Positions 21,147 through 32,176 of a stretch of 64,000 nucleotides of DNA are shown here, in pieces. A model generated the notes under the pieces. That model saw only the letters and a list, made by a program, of their open reading frames with translations, was not told the DNA's origin and searched no databases. The number at the start of each line of letters is the position of its first letter. Position 1 is the stretch's first letter. Origin of the DNA: Cyanobacteriota bacterium (GTDB lineage Bacteria; Cyanobacteriota; Cyanobacteriia; PCC-6307; Cyanobiaceae); the NCBI GenBank assembly GCA_046340795.1, contig JBKDSV010000009.1, positions 13,505-77,504 of the forward strand, given 5' to 3'. Position numbers and translations under genes: made by a program.

Positions 21147-21722
21147 ATGCAACGTCTCCGCTCTCCCGGCACCCTGGTGACCCTCACCGGTGCGCTGCTC
21201 ACCGTGATCGGCTCGCTGGCCTACGTGAGCGACCATCCCAATCTCAGCCTGCCGACAATTTTTTACGGCATCCCCCTCCTCCTGGGGGGATTGGCTCTGA
21301 AGTCGTCCGAACTGCCCCCACCAGCGCGCCTCACCCCACCGGCCCAATGGCGCGACCTGCGCAATGCCCCCGCCAGCGAACCCCTGCGCAAGCTCCTGGC
21401 GGATGTCAGCCGCTGGCGTTATGGCCAGAAGGTTCATCTGGAGAGTTCGCTGGAGGCCCTCAAGCTCTGGGATGAGCAGGAGCCGCCCGAACTGCTCTCT
21501 GTTGAGGAGCTGTCATTGCCGGAGGGCTATGGGCTGCGGCTCTGCTTCGCCACTGGCGCGGTTCCCTTTCCCCGCTGGCAGGCTTGCCAGGAGCGGCTGG
21601 GTCGCTTCTTTGGCCCTGGCTTGCGGGCGACGTTGGCGCCGCTGGCGGAGGATCGCCTCTCCCTCACCCTGAGCCCCCTGCCGACGCCCTCCGATTCCCC
21701 CTCTCCCCTTGCCTCCACGTGA
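21147..21722 (+). CDS. DUF2854-like membrane protein
   Basis: Two N-terminal TM helices, [37 protein letters not shown]. Confidence 0.75.
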   Translation: MQRLRSPGTLVTLTGALLTVIGSLAYVSDHPNLSLPTIFYGIPLLLGGLALKSSELPPPARLTPPAQWRDLRNAPASEPLRKLLADVSRWRYGQKVHLESSLEALKLWDEQEPPELLSVEELSLPEGYGLRLCFATGAVPFPRWQACQERLGRFFGPGLRATLAPLAEDRLSLTLSPLPTPSDSPSPLAST

Positions 21723-22612
21723 GCTCTGATCCCCTCATCCTCCCGGAAGATTCGTCGCGGGTGTCTGTGCTGAGTGAGGCGCTGCCTTACATCCAGCGCT
21801 TTACTGGCCGCCAGGTGGTGGTGAAATACGGCGGGGCGGCCATGGTGGACGAGGGACTGCGGGAGGCGGTGTTTCGCGATCTGGCCCTGCTGGCCTGCGT
21901 TGGTGTGCGGCCGGTGGTGGTGCATGGAGGCGGGCCAGAGATCAACCATTGGCTCAACCGGCTGCAGATCGAACCGCAGTTTCGCGATGGCCTGCGCGTC
22001 ACCGATGCCGACACCATGGACGTGGTGGAGATGGTGTTGGTGGGGCGGGTCAACAAGCAGATCGTCAATGGTTTGAACGGGGTTGGCGGGCGGGCCGTGG
22101 GGCTGAGCGGCTGTGACGGCTCCCTCGTCGCCGCCCGGTCTCTCGGGGAGGGCTTTGGCCTGGTGGGGGACGTGGCCTCTGTCAACCCCTCCGTGCTCAC
22201 TCCCCTGTTGGAGGCGGGCTACATTCCCGTCATCTCGAGCGTGGCCCCCGATCACCACGGGCAGATGCACAACATCAACGCCGATACGGTGGCTGGCGAG
22301 CTGGCGGCGGCCTTGCAGGCCGAGAAGTTAATTCTGCTGACCGATACGGCGGGAATCCTGCGGGATCGGACGGATCCAGGCAGTCTCATTCGCCATGTCA
22401 GCTTGAACGAGGCCCGCGCCTTGATTGCCGAAGGAGTGGTGCGCGGGGGGATGACTCCAAAGACGGAGTGCTGCATTCGCGCCCTGGCCCAGGGGGTGGC
22501 GGCCGCCCACATTGTGGATGGCCGCGTTCCCCACGCACTTCTGCTGGAAGTGTTCACCAATGCGGGGATCGGCACCATGGTCGTGGGCAGTCCACGGCAG
22601 GTGCAGGCCTGA
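21719..22612 (+). CDS. argB: Acetylglutamate kinase
   Basis: [36 protein letters not shown]. Confidence 0.97.
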   Translation: MSSDPLILPEDSSRVSVLSEALPYIQRFTGRQVVVKYGGAAMVDEGLREAVFRDLALLACVGVRPVVVHGGGPEINHWLNRLQIEPQFRDGLRVTDADTMDVVEMVLVGRVNKQIVNGLNGVGGRAVGLSGCDGSLVAARSLGEGFGLVGDVASVNPSVLTPLLEAGYIPVISSVAPDHHGQMHNINADTVAGELAAALQAEKLILLTDTAGILRDRTDPGSLIRHVSLNEARALIAEGVVRGGMTPKTECCIRALAQGVAAAHIVDGRVPHALLLEVFTNAGIGTMVVGSPRQVQA

Positions 22613-22619
22613 CGCGGCC

Positions 22620-23750
22620 ATGGCCAGCAGCGCATCCGATCCTCTGTCTTCCGTCCTCTCTGATGCCAAGGAGGCCATTGCCCGGGGCCATTACGTCCGG
22701 GCTGTTCAGCTGCTGGAGCCGCTCTGTGAGCGGCATCCCGCTTCCCACCCCCCTGGCGACGGGATCCGCCTGCTGCTGGTGACGGCGTTGATGGGTCTGG
22801 GGCAGGCGGAACGGGCGGCGGCCTGTTGCCGCACCCTTCTGGGAAGCGCCGATCCACAGCGGCGCACCGAGGTTCGCGACCTGCTGCAGGTGTTGGAAGC
22901 GCCAGCGCTGCGGCGGCCCCGCAACTGGTCGCTCACCCTACCCCGGCTTGATCAAGCCGCTCCGCTGGAGGGGCTCGGCGCGGGCAGGCGTCGGGCGCCG
23001 GCCCCACCGGTGGAGGACAGGCCGATGCCCCCGCCGGTGGGGCCCACCCGGAGTCCACGGGGGTTTGTGGTCATCGTTGTGGGGCTGTTGGTGGTGTGGT
23101 TGCTGAGCAACCTGCTCTCCGGCTGCATGCGTGTGGAGACGGAGCTGGCCTTTGCCGGCCCCGGCCGGGTGCGCCTCCGCCATCGTCTGGAGGCCATCGC
23201 GGGCGCACCGCTGCCCTTCCAGGAGCGTTGGGCCGCCGCCCTCAGCGCAGCGGAGCCTCCCTACCTGGAGCGCAGGCGCGGTGCCTCCATCCTGCTCACC
23301 AGCCCGCTGCTCACCTTGTCGGAGGCCGAGGGAGCTCTGGTGGGCACGCTGCGGCAGGCGGCGGCCCAGGCGAGCCTCCCCCTGCCGGATCCCACCCTGG
23401 AGTTGCGGGAAACCAACTGGCTGCTCGGCGTGCGCCAACACCTCCGCATTCGCCTGGATCTTCGCTCCCTCTCCTCCCTGCCGGGGCTGCGTCTCAGCCT
23501 GCGCCTCACTCCCCTGGGCCCGGGCGCGGTTCTCAGCGCCGAGCCGCTGCCGGTGCAGTCGGTCGAAGCCGACACGGCTCTGGTTTGGCCGCTGCGGCCG
23601 GGGGCGATCAATGCCCTGGAGATCCGCGGTTGGCGCTGGAGTCCCCTGGGCCTGGGCGCCCTGGCCATCTTGGGCGCTCTGACGCTGGTGGTGCAACTGC
23701 AGCGGATGCGCGTGCGACTCGGGATGGGCCTGCCCGAATTGCCCAGCTAG
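22620..23750 (+). CDS. DUF3153-like membrane protein with N-terminal TPR-like segment
   Basis: Helical N-terminus, central TM/LSGC segment, C-terminal TM; position after argB. Confidence 0.65.
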   Translation: MASSASDPLSSVLSDAKEAIARGHYVRAVQLLEPLCERHPASHPPGDGIRLLLVTALMGLGQAERAAACCRTLLGSADPQRRTEVRDLLQVLEAPALRRPRNWSLTLPRLDQAAPLEGLGAGRRRAPAPPVEDRPMPPPVGPTRSPRGFVVIVVGLLVVWLLSNLLSGCMRVETELAFAGPGRVRLRHRLEAIAGAPLPFQERWAAALSAAEPPYLERRRGASILLTSPLLTLSEAEGALVGTLRQAAAQASLPLPDPTLELRETNWLLGVRQHLRIRLDLRSLSSLPGLRLSLRLTPLGPGAVLSAEPLPVQSVEADTALVWPLRPGAINALEIRGWRWSPLGLGALAILGALTLVVQLQRMRVRLGMGLPELPS

Positions 23751-23893
23751 TGTGCAGTCCCGCAAATGCACCGTCGATCCTTTGATGGGTGTCTCGCCCG
23801 GAGCCCTTGCTGAGTAGGGCATCTGGAGGCACGGACCAAGCCGAAGGTGACGCATGAACTTGTGGGACTGCATACTAGGCCAGAGCGAGCCCC

Positions 23894-26230
23894 TCACAAG
23901 TTCAGGGGGTCGGGATCAATCGCCAGGGAGACCTCCCGATGGAGGGTTGGCCGCAACTCCTCCTCTGCTGGCAGGGGCAAGGGGGTGTCGGCGGGACCGT
24001 GGAGCAGCAGGTGCCAGCGACTGCGGCCCGCCACGCGGGCCACCGGCGCCGGAGCGGGGCCGATCAAGTGCCAGCGCTGGGCTTCCACCTCAGGGCGCAG
24101 GCGTTCCGCCAGGGCGGTGGCGGAGGTGGCGGTGGCACTGGCGGACGGGCCCGAGAGCCGGAGCAGGCACGCCCGGCTGAAGGGCACCAAACCGGCGCTT
24201 TGCCGCAGAGCGGCCTCCTCCAGCAAAAACTGACCGTAGCGGCCGTCGACGAGATGGCGAATCACGGGATGCTCAGGGGTGTAGGTCTGCACAAGCACTT
24301 CGCCCGGCCGCTCACCGCGGCCGGCCCGGCCAGCCAGCTGAAAGAGCAGTTGCAGGCAGTGGTCCCCGGCGCGCAGATCAGGCCGCTGCAGAAGCCCGTC
24401 GGCCGCCAAGACGGCGGCCAGGGTGACACTGGGCAAATCCATTCCTTTGGCGAGCATTTGGGTGCCCACCAACACATCCGCCTGCCCCTGCCGGAAGGCG
24501 TCCAACCCCCGCCGATGGCCATCGCGACCGCGGGTGGTGTCGGCATCGAAGCGGAGCACGCGCAGCCCGTCCAGTTCCTGTTCCAGACGCTCCAGCACCC
24601 GCTGGGTGCCCGCGCCGAAGGGCTTAAAGGCTGAGGACCCGCAGCGAGGACACCGCGCCGTCAGCCCCTGGCGATGGTCGCACCAGTGGCAGCGCAGCCA
24701 CTCCTCTCCCGAGCTGCGGCGGTGCACGGTGAGCGCCACGTCACAGTGGGGGCACTGCACGACGGTGCCGCAACTGCGACAGCTGAGGAAACTGCGATAC
24801 CCCCGCCGGGGCACCAGAACAACAGCCTGCTCCCCCCGCTGAGGCAGGCCGGCCAGGCGATCCAGCAGGGGGCGACTGAGCAGGCGCCTGTGCCCTTCCG
24901 CCAGTTCATGGCGCATGTCGACCACCCGCACCGCGGGCAAGGGCCGCTCGCCGATGCGCTCGGGCAAGGTCAACAAGGTGGTTGACCCCTCGGGCGAGCG
25001 CGCCCTCAGCCAGGTTTCCAGGGAGGGCGTCGCGCTTCCCAGCAGGAGCTGGCTGGCCTCCAGCCGGCAGCGCAGCCGCGCCACATCCCGGGCGTGATAG
25101 CAGGGCATCGGGCTCTCCTGCTTCCAGGAGGAATCGTGCTCTTCATCGAGCACGATCAGCCCCAGCGGGGCGAGGGGAAGAAAGATTGCCGAGCGGGTGC
25201 CCACCACCAGCCGGGGAGGCCCGCCCCGGGCTGCAGCCAGACAGGCCCGCCAGCAGGCGATGCGGTCCCGCTCCGTCATGCCGCTGTGGTATTCCAGGAT
25301 GGCGGGGCCGAAGCGCCGCCGGGCCCGATCCAGCAGTTGGGGCACCAGGCCGATTTCCGGGGTGAGCAGCAAAACGCTCCGGCCCTGTGCCAAGTGATGG
25401 GCCGCCGTGCGGAGATACACCTCCGTTTTGCCGGCGCCGGTCACCCCCCAGAGCAGGAATTCGCCACCGGCCGGCGCTGCCAGAAGCCGGTTGACGGCCT
25501 CGGCCTGGGTCGGGCTCAGTGTCTGCTGCGGTGGCTGGAGCTGGGGCGCGGGCCAGGGGATGGCGGGGGCGAGCGGGGGAGGAACGGAAACGCGACGCAG
25601 CAGACCCCGCCGCTCCAGGCTCTGCACCACCCCCCGCCCGAAGCCATCCTTCTCCGTCAGATCCCGCAACAGGCGCTGGCCTCCCTGGGCGACCAGGTGC
25701 TCCAGGAGCCGCCGTTGCCGCGGGGGCAGCGACGGGGAGTCGGTAATCGGCAGATCGGTGCGTTGGACCTGAAGCCGCTGCCGTCCCGCAGCCGAGCCTG
25801 GCTGGTCGCGGGCGCCAAGCCAGCCTGGGGGAAGCACGGCGCGGAGGGTGCGGAACAGACTGGTGTGGCACTGGTGAGCCACCGCCACGATGAGCTGTTG
25901 CCAATCCGGATGGACCGCCGCCGGCTCCAGCGGGGCCAGCACCGGTTGCAGGGTCTTGTGCGCCAGGTGGGCTGGGCAGTCGCTCAGGGTCGCCACCACC
26001 AAGCCGGCGTGGAGTCGACCCTGGAGGCGCACCCGCACCAGATCGCCCGCAGCCAGGCTCAGCGCCTCGGGGTTGGCGTAGGTGAACACCCGCCCCTCTG
26101 GGCCCGCTTGCAACCACACCTCCAGGTAGGCCGGCGCTGGGCTGGCGGAGCGGGCGGCTGCAGACGATCCCCCGGGTGAGGCGTCGGCGGAGGCCAGGCC
26201 TGCTGGCAAGGATTCTTGCAAACGTCTCAC
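23894..26230 (-). CDS. priA: Primosomal protein N'
   Basis: WGVTGAGKTE, LIVLDEEHD, Zn finger CRSC/CPHC/CHWC/CPRC, VGTQMLAKG, QLAGRAGR. Confidence 0.97.
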   Translation of the reverse strand: MRRLQESLPAGLASADASPGGSSAAARSASPAPAYLEVWLQAGPEGRVFTYANPEALSLAAGDLVRVRLQGRLHAGLVVATLSDCPAHLAHKTLQPVLAPLEPAAVHPDWQQLIVAVAHQCHTSLFRTLRAVLPPGWLGARDQPGSAAGRQRLQVQRTDLPITDSPSLPPRQRRLLEHLVAQGGQRLLRDLTEKDGFGRGVVQSLERRGLLRRVSVPPPLAPAIPWPAPQLQPPQQTLSPTQAEAVNRLLAAPAGGEFLLWGVTGAGKTEVYLRTAAHHLAQGRSVLLLTPEIGLVPQLLDRARRRFGPAILEYHSGMTERDRIACWRACLAAARGGPPRLVVGTRSAIFLPLAPLGLIVLDEEHDSSWKQESPMPCYHARDVARLRCRLEASQLLLGSATPSLETWLRARSPEGSTTLLTLPERIGERPLPAVRVVDMRHELAEGHRRLLSRPLLDRLAGLPQRGEQAVVLVPRRGYRSFLSCRSCGTVVQCPHCDVALTVHRRSSGEEWLRCHWCDHRQGLTARCPRCGSSAFKPFGAGTQRVLERLEQELDGLRVLRFDADTTRGRDGHRRGLDAFRQGQADVLVGTQMLAKGMDLPSVTLAAVLAADGLLQRPDLRAGDHCLQLLFQLAGRAGRGERPGEVLVQTYTPEHPVIRHLVDGRYGQFLLEEAALRQSAGLVPFSRACLLRLSGPSASATATSATALAERLRPEVEAQRWHLIGPAPAPVARVAGRSRWHLLLHGPADTPLPLPAEEELRPTLHREVSLAIDPDPLNL

Positions 26231-26585
26231 ACCATTCCTAAGATGAAGAGAGCCAGTCCGAGAGGTTGACGATCAACCAGGCAGTGTTCGGCGCAAGGAA
26301 GGGACTCTGTGTCCCCCCATCATCGAATCCGATGAACACCCCAGTCCTTGTCTCCTGTCCTGGCCGCACCCCCGTCGCGCTGTTCGCTGTTCACCGCCTC
26401 TGGTTCCGCAGCCCTCATCACCAACCTTTCGGCGTTCACCTTGTCTTCCCCTTGAGGCCGTCGCAGACGGCTGATCCTCAGCGAAGCCAGCTCCAGGGCC
26501 CGCCTTGGCAGCTGATCACGGCTGTTGTCCTGCGTTTTTCCCCTTTCTTCCTGTTCTCCTTCCGCACCCTCCCGCCCGTCCGCAT

Positions 26586-28007
26586 ATGAGCCCAACCTCC
26601 ACGCCATCCACCACCACGGTTGATCTGGTCTCCACCGCCGCGGTGGAGATGGCCGGCCGCGATTCCCTGACGGTCGCCCCGACGCTGACCGCGGAAGTCA
26701 CCCCGGATCTGATCCTGGAAAGTGCTCCAGATCTGGCCCCGGCAATCGTTACCGCCGCCAGCAAGCCCTTGGAGATTCCTGCCCGCAAAACACCTGCCCG
26801 GGCCAAGGAGCCACCAGCCAACGGCACGGGCAAAGCCAAGGCCAAAGCCAAGGCCAAGCCCAAGGCAAAAACCAGCAAACCTCCCCAAGTCGATGGCGAT
26901 GCGCTGGCGGATGATCCGTTGGTTGAAGCCGCCGATGCGCTTCTGGATGGCGCCGATTTGCCCGAAGCGGATGTGCTGTTGCCCCTGGATGACAAGGCGG
27001 AGGGCAAAGAGGGCCGTTCAGCCAAGGCTCTGGCCAGCATCAAAATTGGCCCCAAAGGTGTCTACACCGAGGATTCGATCCGCGTTTACCTGCAGGAAAT
27101 TGGTCGTATCCGCCTGCTGAGACCGGATGAAGAGATTGAACTGGCCAGGAAGATTGCCGACCTACTGCAGCTGGAGGAGCTGGCGGCCCAATTTGAATCT
27201 GATCATGGCCGCCAGCCCGATACGAAAGAATGGGCGGCACTTGTGGACATGCCGACGATCAAATTCCGCAGGCGCCTGATGCTCGGCAGAAGAGCGAAGG
27301 AGAAAATGGTGCAATCCAACCTGCGCCTTGTGGTATCAATTGCGAAGAAATATATGAACCGTGGGCTGTCTTTCCAGGATCTCATCCAGGAAGGAAGTTT
27401 GGGATTGATTCGCGCGGCAGAAAAATTTGACCATGAGAAAGGATATAAATTTTCCACCTATGCCACCTGGTGGATTCGCCAGGCGATCACACGGGCGATT
27501 GCGGATCAGAGCCGCACAATTCGTCTGCCAGTGCACCTTTACGAGACCATCTCCCGGATCAAAAAGACCACCAAAACCCTCTCCCAGGAGTTTGGCCGTA
27601 AGCCAACGGAGGAAGAGATCGCTGAAAGCATGGAAATGACCATTGAAAAATTAAGATTCATCGCAAAATCTGCTCAATTGCCGATTTCGCTGGAAACACC
27701 CATTGGCAAAGAGGAGGATTCAAGACTAGGTGATTTCATCGAAGCAGACATTGAAAATCCTGAACAAGATGTGGCCAAAAATCTTCTGCGGGAAGATTTG
27801 GAGGGCGTGCTTGCCACCCTCAGTCCACGGGAGAGGGATGTGCTGCGCCTGCGCTATGGGCTGGATGATGGCCGGATGAAAACCTTGGAAGAAATTGGCC
27901 AGATCTTTGATGTCACCCGTGAACGCATTCGCCAGATTGAAGCCAAGGCCCTGCGCAAGCTCAGACATCCCAATCGTAATAGCGTCTTGAAGGAGTACAT
28001 TAAGTAG
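26586..28007 (+). CDS. rpoD: Principal RNA polymerase sigma factor
   Basis: [51 protein letters not shown]. Confidence 0.97.
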   Translation: MSPTSTPSTTTVDLVSTAAVEMAGRDSLTVAPTLTAEVTPDLILESAPDLAPAIVTAASKPLEIPARKTPARAKEPPANGTGKAKAKAKAKPKAKTSKPPQVDGDALADDPLVEAADALLDGADLPEADVLLPLDDKAEGKEGRSAKALASIKIGPKGVYTEDSIRVYLQEIGRIRLLRPDEEIELARKIADLLQLEELAAQFESDHGRQPDTKEWAALVDMPTIKFRRRLMLGRRAKEKMVQSNLRLVVSIAKKYMNRGLSFQDLIQEGSLGLIRAAEKFDHEKGYKFSTYATWWIRQAITRAIADQSRTIRLPVHLYETISRIKKTTKTLSQEFGRKPTEEEIAESMEMTIEKLRFIAKSAQLPISLETPIGKEEDSRLGDFIEADIENPEQDVAKNLLREDLEGVLATLSPRERDVLRLRYGLDDGRMKTLEEIGQIFDVTRERIRQIEAKALRKLRHPNRNSVLKEYIK

Positions 28008-28021
28008 TCGCAGGGTTTCTC

Positions 28022-29143
28022 TTGAGCGGAGTGCGAGCGCCCTTGAGTGGCGTGCCTAAGTTGTCAGTGATTCTGCCAACTTATAATGAGCGTGAGAACG
28101 TCAAACCGATTGCACGGCAACTGCTGCGCCTGGAGAATCGTTACCAACTTGAGCTGATCTTTGTTGACGACGATTCCCAGGACGGAACGGCCGATGTGGT
28201 GCGAGAGCTCGCCCATATCCACCCGGAAGTTCGCTTGATTCGCCGCGTTGGCCGCGCAGGTTTATCCAGCGCGATCAAGGAGGGCATCCTGGACGCCACG
28301 GGCGATCTGGTTGTCGTGATGGATTGTGATGGTCAACACGAACCTGCCACGGTGTTAGATGCTTTGGACAGGTTGCAGCAGACGGGAGTCGATCTGTTGA
28401 TCGGCAGTCGTTTTCACCCGGAGGCCAAGATTCGGGGACTCAGTGCTAAACGGGAGAGAAATTCGACCTGGGCCAATACGCTGGCCCGCTTCAGCTTGCC
28501 TCGCTATCGCCAGTTGACCGATTATATGAGCGGTTTTTTTGTCTGTCGCCCGCAAGCTGTGCTTGCTTACGTCAGACAAATCGATGTCAACGGCTTTAAA
28601 TTTCTCTATGAACTGTTGGCCATCAGTGGCGGACAGCTGAAGGTCGGCGAAGTGCCGCTCCAATTTCAACCGCGCATCAGCGGTGAATCGAAGCTCAATC
28701 TGGCTGTTGTTTGGGATCTAGGCATCTCGATCCTCCACACACTTCTTCGGCGTAGCATTCCCCGCCGAGCCATCAGTTTTGCCCTGGTGGGTGCCACGGG
28801 AATCGCAACACATCTGTTGATTTATTATCTCTCAAGCCAGCTTCTGGGATCCAGCTTTGAATTGGCTCAGGTTTTTGCTGTCGTCAGCGCTGCAAGCACT
28901 AATTTTCTTATTAATAACATTCTCACATTTCGTACTCAGCAATTGAAGGGCTTCCGACTGCTGCTGGGCTTGTTGCGCTTTCTGCTCGTCACTTCCATGG
29001 GAATGGTGGCCAATGTTGGTGTTTCTTCTGCCCTCTATCATCGCACAACCGGTCAACCGCTCCTGGCCATGTTTGCTGGTATTGCGGTGGATTTTGTTTG
29101 GAAATATGCAGCTTCCTCCAGATTTGTTTGGAACACTCCTTGA
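28022..29143 (+). CDS. GT2 polyprenol-phosphate glycosyltransferase fused to GtrA-like flippase domain
   Basis: ILPTYNE, VDDDSQDGT, MDCDGQH, SGFF; C-terminal four TM helices ending in FVW. Confidence 0.9.
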   Translation: MSGVRAPLSGVPKLSVILPTYNERENVKPIARQLLRLENRYQLELIFVDDDSQDGTADVVRELAHIHPEVRLIRRVGRAGLSSAIKEGILDATGDLVVVMDCDGQHEPATVLDALDRLQQTGVDLLIGSRFHPEAKIRGLSAKRERNSTWANTLARFSLPRYRQLTDYMSGFFVCRPQAVLAYVRQIDVNGFKFLYELLAISGGQLKVGEVPLQFQPRISGESKLNLAVVWDLGISILHTLLRRSIPRRAISFALVGATGIATHLLIYYLSSQLLGSSFELAQVFAVVSAASTNFLINNILTFRTQQLKGFRLLLGLLRFLLVTSMGMVANVGVSSALYHRTTGQPLLAMFAGIAVDFVWKYAASSRFVWNTP

Positions 29144-29370
29144 GTTTGACCCTCCCCCTTGGCAACCGCTGTATTTGGCATGGTAGGCGGGCTAGGCTAA
29201 GTTTTTGATCATTTGCCGATCCTCCCCTGAGCCAAGCATCTGAAGAGCGTTCCTCAGCTCATCCTGCTGGTGCAACACTTGCTGGACCATATTCTGTCAA
29301 AACACAGCCTGCTAAAACGCCGCTCGCCCTGATCCAGTCTCCGCCGTGGGCGATCCTTTCTTTTCTGGGG

Positions 29371-31104
29371 ATGGGGTTGTTGTGTTGGCTGGCCTTCTTC
29401 AACGGCTTGGGAGCCCTCGGGCTGATGGACAAGACCGAGGCCCTGTTCGTGGAGGTGGGCCATCAGATGCTGACGCGCAACGATTGGGTGACCCCCTGGT
29501 GGAACGGAGAGCGCTTTTTTGACTATCCGGTTTGGGGCTACTGGATGGTGGCCCTGTCGTTTCGCTGGTTTGGCGTCTCACCCTGGGCAGCGCGGCTGCC
29601 GGTGGCCCTGGCCGCGAGCGCCGTTGTGGTGGCCTCCTTCCTCCTGATCCACCACTGGGGGGGCAGCAAGGAACGGCCCTCACGACGCGTGGGCAGGGCC
29701 GCAATGGCGGCTGGGGTGTTGGCCACGTCGCCGGGATGGATCGGCTGGGGTCGCACGTCCACCACGGACATGTTCCTCTCCAGCGCGATCAGTCTGGCCC
29801 TGCTCGCCTTTCTCCTGGCCCATCACGCCCCGCCGCGCTCCCCTCTGGCCGCCCTGGGACGGGCGGGGATGGCACTCTTCTGTGGCATCGCCGTGTTGGC
29901 CAAGGGCCCCGTGGGTGTGTTGCTTCCCCTGCTGGTGGCGGGGGTCTTCTTGCTCCTCAGCGGCCAGGGGCGGCGTTGGCTCCATCCCCCCCGGCTGGCG
30001 GCCATGCTGGCCCTCTTCCTCGGGGTCTGCCTCCCCTGGTATGGCGCCGCCGCGATGGTCAACGGCGCGGCCTTCCTGGGGGGATTTTTGGGCTTCAGCA
30101 ATCTGCAGCGCTTCACCCAGGTGCTCTATGACCATCCTGGCCCACCCTGGTTTTATCTGCCCTGGCTGGTGATATTGCTGTTGCCCTGGTCGCTGTTTCT
30201 CCCCGGCGCCATCGCCCGGCTGCGATTCTGGCGCTGGCAGCGCTGGCGGCAGGGGGCGGACCAGCTTTCCCCCCAGGGCAGCGTGGGATTGTTTCTGCTG
30301 CTCTGGCTGGCCATTCCTCTGGCCTTTTTCTCCCTCGCCGCCACCAAACTGCCCGGCTATATCCTGCCGATCGTGCCGGCTGGTGCGCTGTTGGTGAGTC
30401 TGTCGTTTTGGCCCTTGCCCGCGCAGACCGCCGCCGTGCCCCTCACACCCGCTCGCCTGGAGCCCTGGCAGCGGGTGAGCGCAGGGGTGGAAGGGGTGTT
30501 GCTGGGCCTGATGGCGGTGGCGGCGGCCTTGGCCCCGCGCTGGGTCGCCAGCGATCCCGCCCACCCCACCTTTGCCGCCGCCCTGGCCCGCTCCGGATTG
30601 CCCATGCTCCTGGCCGGCCTGTTGGCCCTGACGGCCCTGGCGCTGGGTCTGGCCCTGGCTCGGGCGAGAGATGGGCGCTGGTTTTGGCTGACAAATGTGA
30701 CGGGGTTTTTGACCATCCTCGCCCTGGTGATCGCGCCCCTCGGACCCCTGCTGGATCGCGAGCGGCTCTGGCCCATTCGCCAGCTGGCCCGTCAGGCCAG
30801 GGATTTTGCCCGTGCGGACGAACCGCTTTGGGTGGTGGGCACAAAGCGCTACAGCGTCTTGTTTTACGGCGGAGAGCGGGCGGCCTTCGTCTCCGGCCGC
30901 GACAGCTTGAAGGATCGTCTCCAGGAGGATCCCGCCAGCCTTCAGCTCTCCCCCACCAGCCAAACGGCACGCCTGTTCGGTGATCGGCGTCAGCTGGAGG
31001 CTCTGGACTGGCCCGCGAGCGGGATGCGGCGATTGGCGCGCCTTGGCGAACAGGAGCTCTGGCGCGTGCGCCTTCCCGACGCCAGCCGCCAGGGGCCGCT
31101 GTGA
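29371..31104 (+). CDS. ArnT/PMT-like (GT-C fold) membrane glycosyltransferase
   Basis: EALFVEVGHQM, WVTPWWNG, AARLP, LAKGPVG, KLPGYILP. Confidence 0.88.
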   Translation: MGLLCWLAFFNGLGALGLMDKTEALFVEVGHQMLTRNDWVTPWWNGERFFDYPVWGYWMVALSFRWFGVSPWAARLPVALAASAVVVASFLLIHHWGGSKERPSRRVGRAAMAAGVLATSPGWIGWGRTSTTDMFLSSAISLALLAFLLAHHAPPRSPLAALGRAGMALFCGIAVLAKGPVGVLLPLLVAGVFLLLSGQGRRWLHPPRLAAMLALFLGVCLPWYGAAAMVNGAAFLGGFLGFSNLQRFTQVLYDHPGPPWFYLPWLVILLLPWSLFLPGAIARLRFWRWQRWRQGADQLSPQGSVGLFLLLWLAIPLAFFSLAATKLPGYILPIVPAGALLVSLSFWPLPAQTAAVPLTPARLEPWQRVSAGVEGVLLGLMAVAAALAPRWVASDPAHPTFAAALARSGLPMLLAGLLALTALALGLALARARDGRWFWLTNVTGFLTILALVIAPLGPLLDRERLWPIRQLARQARDFARADEPLWVVGTKRYSVLFYGGERAAFVSGRDSLKDRLQEDPASLQLSPTSQTARLFGDRRQLEALDWPASGMRRLARLGEQELWRVRLPDASRQGPL

Positions 31105-31724
31105 AACCTCAGTTTCTCCCCCGTGACGGAGTGATCGTGGCGGCCTGCCTGGTGGTGCTGTTCACCTTGGGCAAGCTGGTGACGGCCAGTGAGGACGCTC
31201 CTCCGTTCGATCACGCCGCCCTCGACGGGCTGGGCCGTTTGTTGGCGGGGCCGCTGGCCGTCCTGTTGCTGCAGGTGTATCGCCTCAGTGGTGTGGGCTT
31301 CACGGCGGTGTTGGTGGCGGTGGCGTTGGTGTTTCTGCTGCTGAAGCGCTGGTGGAATGATCTGAGGCTGCTCGTGATGGCCGCCGCCGGCATCTTGGCG
31401 ATTGTGGATCTCTGGCTCAAACCCTTGTTTGATCGGGCGCGGCCCCATGCGAAATTGCTGGTGGTGGATGGACGCAGCTTCCCCAGCGGCCATGCGGCCG
31501 GTTCGATCGCCTTTTACTTCGCCATGGTCTCCATCCTCTCGCTCCACTACCCCCATCTCCGACGTCCGCTCGCATTGGGGGCCAGCGTTTGGGTGGCGTT
31601 GGTGTGGCTCAGCACCTTGATCGCCCGAGCCCACTGGCCGTCCGATCTGGTGGCCGGTGGTGCGGCGGGCCTGGCCTGGCTCACGATCTGCCTGGCGTTT
31701 TGGCGACCGGGGGTGCGGCCATGA
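31101..31724 (+). CDS. PAP2 family phosphatase
   Basis: KPLFDRARP, SFPSGHA, AHWPSD motifs. Confidence 0.92.
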   Translation: MKPQFLPRDGVIVAACLVVLFTLGKLVTASEDAPPFDHAALDGLGRLLAGPLAVLLLQVYRLSGVGFTAVLVAVALVFLLLKRWWNDLRLLVMAAAGILAIVDLWLKPLFDRARPHAKLLVVDGRSFPSGHAAGSIAFYFAMVSILSLHYPHLRRPLALGASVWVALVWLSTLIARAHWPSDLVAGGAAGLAWLTICLAFWRPGVRP

Positions 31725-32161
31725 CGACGCAGCCGATTGCCCGCCTGGAGGATCTGCGGGGCTTCCGCGGCGCTCCCCCGTTGACCCCCGCCCAGCGCCA
31801 CCAGCTGCAAGCGGAGCTGCGCCAGCGGCTGGCCGCCTGCGACTGGTGCACCATCGGCGTGATGGCGGCCAGCAGCGCGGAAGCCTGGACCGCCTTGCGC
31901 CGCTACGAGCAGGCCATGGGCTGGCCGCCCCTTGCTGCCACGGCGGCAGCCGAGGCCACCGTTGGACCGGTGTTCTTGAAGGGCCATCAGCGCAACGCAA
32001 CAGTGCGGGTGCGCGAGGAAACAGGGCTCGCAGAAGGGGTGTTGATCACAGGCCACAGTGACACCGATCCCACCGCGGAAGACACCTGGGGTCCGCTGCC
32101 ACTCGACTTGTTTGCCGGCGATTCCGTCGAGGACGGGGAGGACGGGACGGCCGGTCTTTAG
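31721..32161 (+). CDS. DUF1824-like conserved protein
   Basis: DWCTIGVMA, GPVFLKGHQ, WGPLPLDLF; usual position before hemC. Confidence 0.75.
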   Translation: MTTQPIARLEDLRGFRGAPPLTPAQRHQLQAELRQRLAACDWCTIGVMAASSAEAWTALRRYEQAMGWPPLAATAAAEATVGPVFLKGHQRNATVRVREETGLAEGVLITGHSDTDPTAEDTWGPLPLDLFAGDSVEDGEDGTAGL

Positions 32162-32176
32162 GCTGGTCCCTTGTAA

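Noticed and set aside
26830-26875. AAGGCC-type repeats in rpoD
   Set aside because: They encode a KAKAKAKPK low-complexity linker common in cyanobacterial SigA N-termini.
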